NCBI GenBank assembly: GCA_964554485.1
Contig: CAZKOX010000001.1
Coordinates: 75,363-126,896, forward strand
Direction: 5' to 3'
Length of the DNA: 51,534 bases
Origin: an uncultured Candidatus Saccharibacteria bacterium
Lineage (GTDB): Bacteria > Patescibacteriota > Saccharimonadia > Saccharimonadales > JAGQMS01
The notes under the pieces: model-generated
Told to the model about the DNA's origin: nothing
What the model saw: only the letters and a program-made list of their open reading frames with translations
Databases searched by the model: none
Position numbers and translations under genes: made by a program
Shown here: positions 47,571 to 51,534 of the stretch, piece after piece
How positions within the stretch are numbered: the stretch's first letter is position 1
Layout of the letters: every line of letters starts with the position of its first letter

Positions 47571-48032
47571 ATGAATAAAGAACAATCAACTCCAGAAATT
47601 ATTGAAACACCGGATACAGCATTAGCTACCGATGTTGTTGACGCTCCAAAAGTCACAGCAAAGAAGAAAAAGCTAAAAAGAACAGTTCCAAACGGTCAAG
47701 TTCATATCAATGCCACATTTAATAACACTATTGTTACAGTCACAGATTCTAACGGTGGTGTTATTGCTGCAGCTAGCGCTGGAGCAGTTGGTTTTCGTGG
47801 TAGTAAAAAAGGCACTGCATATGCAGCGCAAGTTGCTGTCGACAAGGCAATTACTGCTGCCAAACAAAATAACGGCATGAGTCGAGTTGACGTATTTATC
47901 AGAGGTATAGGACAAGGACGCGATTCAGCTATTCGTGCTATTTCAGCACAGAATATGCAAATCGAATCTATTAAAGATCGTACCAGCATGCCGCATGCTG
48001 GTTGTCGCCCACGAAAGGCTCGTAGAGGTTAA
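47571..48032 (+). CDS. rpsK: 30S ribosomal protein S11 with N-terminal extension
   Basis: ATFNNTIVT, GFRGSKKGT, PHAGCRP. Confidence 0.97.
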   Translation: MNKEQSTPEIIETPDTALATDVVDAPKVTAKKKKLKRTVPNGQVHINATFNNTIVTVTDSNGGVIAAASAGAVGFRGSKKGTAYAAQVAVDKAITAAKQNNGMSRVDVFIRGIGQGRDSAIRAISAQNMQIESIKDRTSMPHAGCRPRKARRG

Positions 48033-48034
48033 TA

Positions 48035-48655
48035 ATGGCACGAAATACATCTTCAATCACTAAGCAGAGTCGCCGCGAAGGCTATGCACTACATCCAAAA
48101 GCTCACAAATACTTGGCTAAGCGAACAGCTATGCCTGGCGAAAAGGCAGGTCGTGGACGTCGAGCAACTTCAAGCCAGTATTCTTTGCAACTTCGAGAAA
48201 AACAAAAGGTAAGACGACTATATGGTCTCCTAGAACGACAATTTGCGAAACTTATGAACGAAGCTTCACGTCGCCAAGGTGAATCCGGTGCAGTGTTACT
48301 TCAATACCTAGAACAGCGTATCGATAATGTTGTGTACCGTAGTGGATTTTCTGTTTCTCGACAAGGTGCTCGACAGCTTGTTAACCACGGTCATTTTGAG
48401 CTAAATGGTGTGCGTGTTGATATTCCATCAATCCGCTTAAAGGTTGGCGACGAAGTCGTATTACGAGAAGGCAGTAAAAAACGAGAATACTTTACAAGAA
48501 TCGATGACTTGAGTCCGGCAAATCCAGACATGATACCTAACTGGCTTACAGTCGATCGAAAGAAGATGAAGATCACAGTCAAGAGTCTTCCAACCCGCGA
48601 AGATGCTGAATCTGATATTAACGAGCAATTAATAGTTGAGTATTACTCAAGATAA
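48035..48655 (+). CDS. rpsD: 30S ribosomal protein S4, Cys-free form
   Basis: QLREKQKVRRLYG, ARQLVNHGH, IVEYYSR. Confidence 0.97.
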   Translation: MARNTSSITKQSRREGYALHPKAHKYLAKRTAMPGEKAGRGRRATSSQYSLQLREKQKVRRLYGLLERQFAKLMNEASRRQGESGAVLLQYLEQRIDNVVYRSGFSVSRQGARQLVNHGHFELNGVRVDIPSIRLKVGDEVVLREGSKKREYFTRIDDLSPANPDMIPNWLTVDRKKMKITVKSLPTREDAESDINEQLIVEYYSR

Positions 48656-48668
48656 GGGAGATTTTACA

Positions 48669-49616
48669 GTGTCAAAAACAATACATACACCAATACTAGC
48701 CAAGATCGACGAACATAGCCCAGTAAGCGCTACTTTTGTTATCGAACCTCTTCACACAGGTTACGGCATGACTTTAGGTAATAGCTTACGACGTGTTTTG
48801 CTTTCAAGCATTTCCGGCGCTGCTGTAACTGCTTTCAAAGTAGAGGGTGCAACTCATGAGTTCACCACTATTCCTGGTGTTAAGGAAGATATCGTTGATA
48901 TCATGCTTAACCTCAAAGGAATTCGGTTTAAGGTATATTCCGAAGAGCCTGTCGACCTTCGTATCGAGAAAAAGGGCAAAGGCGTCGTAACTGCTGCAGA
49001 CATTGTTAAGCACGCTGATGTTGAAGTTGTTAATCCAAAGCACGTCATTTGTACTATTGATGACGACAAATCAAAAGTCGTCTTGGACCTTATCGTCGAA
49101 GTAAGCCGTGGCTATCGCTCAATCGAAGAAAGCGCCAACAAAAAACCATCAGACATGATTGCTATTGATTCGATCTTTAGCCCAGTGCATCGAGTGCGCT
49201 ACAGAGTAGAAGACACTCGTGTTGGTCAAATCACCGACCTAGACAAGCTAAGCATTACTGTTGATACAGATGGCTCAATGACTCCAAAAGAAGCTTTTGA
49301 AGAAGCTGCAGCCATTTTGGTTAACCAATATACTGCTCTTGCCGGTTCAACAACCGTAGAAGCAGGTGCACCTCTAACTGCAAAGACCATTAACGAAGAC
49401 GGTACACTTGGCGGCGATGATGACGCTAGCGAACTAATGGTTCCAATTGAAGACTTGAATCTTTCAGCACGAACAACCAATGCCCTAATCAATAATGAAA
49501 TCCATACTCTAAAAGATCTATTTTCACTAAGTGACATAGAGCTAAAGGAGCTAAAGGGCTTTGGTAGCAAAGCTTTGGACGAAGTTAAAGAGAAGATGGC
49601 GGAACTAGAGATTTAA
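48669..49616 (+). CDS. rpoA: RNA polymerase alpha subunit (GTG at 48669 behind AGGGAG)
   Basis: EPLHTGYGMTLGNSLRRVLLSS, alpha-CTD LSARTTNAL. Confidence 0.97.
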   Translation: MSKTIHTPILAKIDEHSPVSATFVIEPLHTGYGMTLGNSLRRVLLSSISGAAVTAFKVEGATHEFTTIPGVKEDIVDIMLNLKGIRFKVYSEEPVDLRIEKKGKGVVTAADIVKHADVEVVNPKHVICTIDDDKSKVVLDLIVEVSRGYRSIEESANKKPSDMIAIDSIFSPVHRVRYRVEDTRVGQITDLDKLSITVDTDGSMTPKEAFEEAAAILVNQYTALAGSTTVEAGAPLTAKTINEDGTLGGDDDASELMVPIEDLNLSARTTNALINNEIHTLKDLFSLSDIELKELKGFGSKALDEVKEKMAELEI

Positions 49617-49618
49617 AG

Positions 49619-50140
49619 ATGCACAGGCACGGATATAAAGGTCGCAAATTCGGCCGCGAGAATGATCAGAGACGAGCTCTTTTAAAGGGTCTTGCTGCTA
49701 ATCTAATCGAACACGAAGAAATCATCACGTCCTTGCCAAAAGCTAAGGAGCTCGTGCCGTATGTAGAAAAGCTAATCACTAAAGCTAAAATTGGTGATTT
49801 GCATAACCGACGTCAAATAATTTCAAAAGTAGCTCATGTTGATGCTGCACATAAATTGGTTGATGAACTTGCTCCAAAATTGGCTGGTCGAAATAGTGGT
49901 CACCTAAGCGTCAAGCGAGACGGCTATCGTCGTGGTGATAACTCAACAATGGCTAAGGTTAGTTTTGTTGGCTTAACTGCCGTGCACAATGTTAAGAAGA
50001 GTGCTAAAAAGGTTGAGGAAACCGTAGAAGACAAGAAGGCTGAAAAACTAGCTAAGAAAACTACAGTAGTTGCTAAAAAACCTAAGCTTAAAGGCACAAA
50101 AGTAGTCGCTAAAAGAACAGGCGTAAGAGGTAATAAATAA
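49619..50140 (+). CDS. rplQ: 50S ribosomal protein L17 with Lys-rich tail
   Basis: MHRHG..RKFGR, KAKELVPYVEKLIT, RRGDN. Confidence 0.97.
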   Translation: MHRHGYKGRKFGRENDQRRALLKGLAANLIEHEEIITSLPKAKELVPYVEKLITKAKIGDLHNRRQIISKVAHVDAAHKLVDELAPKLAGRNSGHLSVKRDGYRRGDNSTMAKVSFVGLTAVHNVKKSAKKVEETVEDKKAEKLAKKTTVVAKKPKLKGTKVVAKRTGVRGNK

Positions 50141-50571
50141 TGAAGACTTATAATGCTAAACCTACAGAAGTAACTCGTGAATGGTATGTCCTTGACGCTT
50201 CTAGCGCTCCACTGGGACGACTTTCAACCAAAATCGCAACTCTACTAACTGGTAAAGGTAAGCCAATGTTTACGGCACACATCGACTGTGGCGACAATGT
50301 TGTGGTTATAAATGCTGAAAACCTAATCGTAACTGGCGCAAAACTTGAAGACAAAAAATACTACCGACACAGTCAGTACCCAGGAAATCTAAAAACTGCT
50401 ACCTTGACTGAAAAAATGGCAAAAGATCCAACCGAAGTTATTCGTTTGGCAGTAAAAGGAATGTTACCTAAAAATAAATTAATGAACGATCGCATGCTTC
50501 GTCTACGTGTATTCGCTGGCGAATCACATGGTCATGAAGCTCAAACACCAAAGAAAGTGGAAGTTAAATAA
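50140..50571 (+). CDS. rplM: 50S ribosomal protein L13
   Basis: WYVLDA..LGRLS, DCGDNVVVINA, GMLPKN. Confidence 0.98.
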   Translation: MKTYNAKPTEVTREWYVLDASSAPLGRLSTKIATLLTGKGKPMFTAHIDCGDNVVVINAENLIVTGAKLEDKKYYRHSQYPGNLKTATLTEKMAKDPTEVIRLAVKGMLPKNKLMNDRMLRLRVFAGESHGHEAQTPKKVEVK

Positions 50572-50975
50572 TGGCTACAAAATCTGCAACTTATTTTTAT
50601 GGTATCGGTCGACGAAGTTCTTCAATCGCAAAAGTTCGATTAATTCCAGGAAAAGGCGATATCATCATTAATGACATGCCGGCAGCAGAATACTTTGCCG
50701 ATAGCGAATATCTACTACACCGGCTTGGAGCTGGTTTTACGACATTAGACCTTGAAAACAAGTATGATGTAACAGTCAAAGTTAGTGGCGGTGGCCACTC
50801 TGGTCAAGCTGATGCTATCAAACTTGGTGTTGCTCGAGCCCTTGCAATCATAAATGAGGATTACAAGAGCACCCTAAAACGCGCCGATCTTCTAGGACGC
50901 GACCCACGCGAAAAAGAACGCAAACACTTTGGTCTTAAGAAAGCTCGCAAGCAACGCCAGTTTACGAAGCGTTAA
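50571..50975 (+). CDS. rpsI: 30S ribosomal protein S9
   Basis: GGGHSGQADAI, RDPREKERK, KKARKQRQFTKR. Confidence 0.98.
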   Translation: MATKSATYFYGIGRRSSSIAKVRLIPGKGDIIINDMPAAEYFADSEYLLHRLGAGFTTLDLENKYDVTVKVSGGGHSGQADAIKLGVARALAIINEDYKSTLKRADLLGRDPREKERKHFGLKKARKQRQFTKR

Positions 50976-51040
50976 AAAGTTTGTTTACCACAATTTAGGT
51001 TTATCTGTAGACTATTGTAGTGCTCTAATTAGAGGAATTT

Positions 51041-51534
51041 ATGACAGATAAAGTAGAAATGCTAGACCTAGTCGATGCTGATGACAAAGTTATTAAGACT
51101 ATGAGTCGCGATGATATTTACGCTCAGGATCTTAAGTTCGTGAGAGTCGTCGAAGTGTTTATTAGAAACAGCAGTGGTAAGTTATGGATTCCTGTTCGTT
51201 TAGGCAGTAAAAGGATAGCTCCAGGGGGCTATGATGTCGGTATAGGTGGACACGTAGAGCACGGAGAGACTGCACTTGAGGCGTTTCGCAAAGAAGTTAG
51301 TGAAGAAGCTGGTTGGGATATAGATGACCTTAAGTGGCGTAAGTTAGGTAAATTTGGACCTAAAGAGAAGCTAAACACGATATCGCATGTTTATGAGATA
51401 ACTACTGATACCGCGCCGATGCTAAGCGCTGACGACTTTAAATCAGCAGAATGGCTTTATCCTGAAGAAGTTATTTGTAATATTAACGCGGGCCACCCTG
51501 CTAAAATGAACTTAGTGCCGCTACTTAGAATAAT
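51041..51534 (+). CDS. Nudix hydrolase (IDI/YfcD-like), 3'-truncated by window edge
   Basis: Manual translation MTDKVEMLDLVDADDKVI...GGHVEHGETALEAFRKEVSEEAG (Nudix box). Confidence 0.85.
   Translation, partial: MTDKVEMLDLVDADDKVIKTMSRDDIYAQDLKFVRVVEVFIRNSSGKLWIPVRLGSKRIAPGGYDVGIGGHVEHGETALEAFRKEVSEEAGWDIDDLKWRKLGKFGPKEKLNTISHVYEITTDTAPMLSADDFKSAEWLYPEEVICNINAGHPAKMNLVPLLRI

Noticed and set aside
110-50779. Numerous 60-140 aa ORFs overlapping or antisense to core genes in the ORF track
   Set aside because: Shadow frames of well-conserved genes, with no independent motifs or start signals.
1-51534. Alternative genetic code (TGA=Gly as in Gracilibacteria/Absconditabacteria)
   Set aside because: rplD, rplP, rpsQ and rpsE end at TGA at their expected lengths, and core ORFs are intact under code 11.
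1-51534. CRISPR array, rRNA genes, inteins or introns in rpoB/rpoC/recG
   Set aside because: No regularly spaced repeats or rRNA motifs seen; core proteins have normal lengths without large insertions.

Overview
Core-genome window of a Patescibacteria (CPR) bacterium, most likely Saccharibacteria. The lineage call rests on rpmD/L30 being absent between rpsE and rplO, a Cys-free RpoC zinc ribbon, and standard code with TGA used as stop. Gene order: 3' nusA, clpC, radA, class A PBP, recG, a Zn-dependent phospholipase C-fold gene, rsmD, tRNA-Leu(TAG), an accessory interval (12.6-18.7 kb), hisS-tig-clpP, rpoBC, str operon, tuf, a split S10 operon, spc and alpha operons, rplM-rpsI and a truncated Nudix gene. 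The most unusual part is the tRNA-Leu to hisS interval. (i) Three copies of one small, highly structured element abut duplicated tRNA fragments, with junctions at the D-loop/T-loop elbow residues. (ii) A perfect 112-bp duplication of the hisS 5' end brackets a 1144-aa surface-protein gene. (iii) A His-codon leader-peptide attenuator precedes the displaced hisS fragment. (iv) A WhiB-like gene is present. Other notable features are CIRCE operators at both clpC and clpP, loss of Zn-ligand cysteines in RpoC/S4/S14/L36, and a strongly divergent RNA polymerase trigger loop. All calls are from manual reading; no database searches or folding programs were run.
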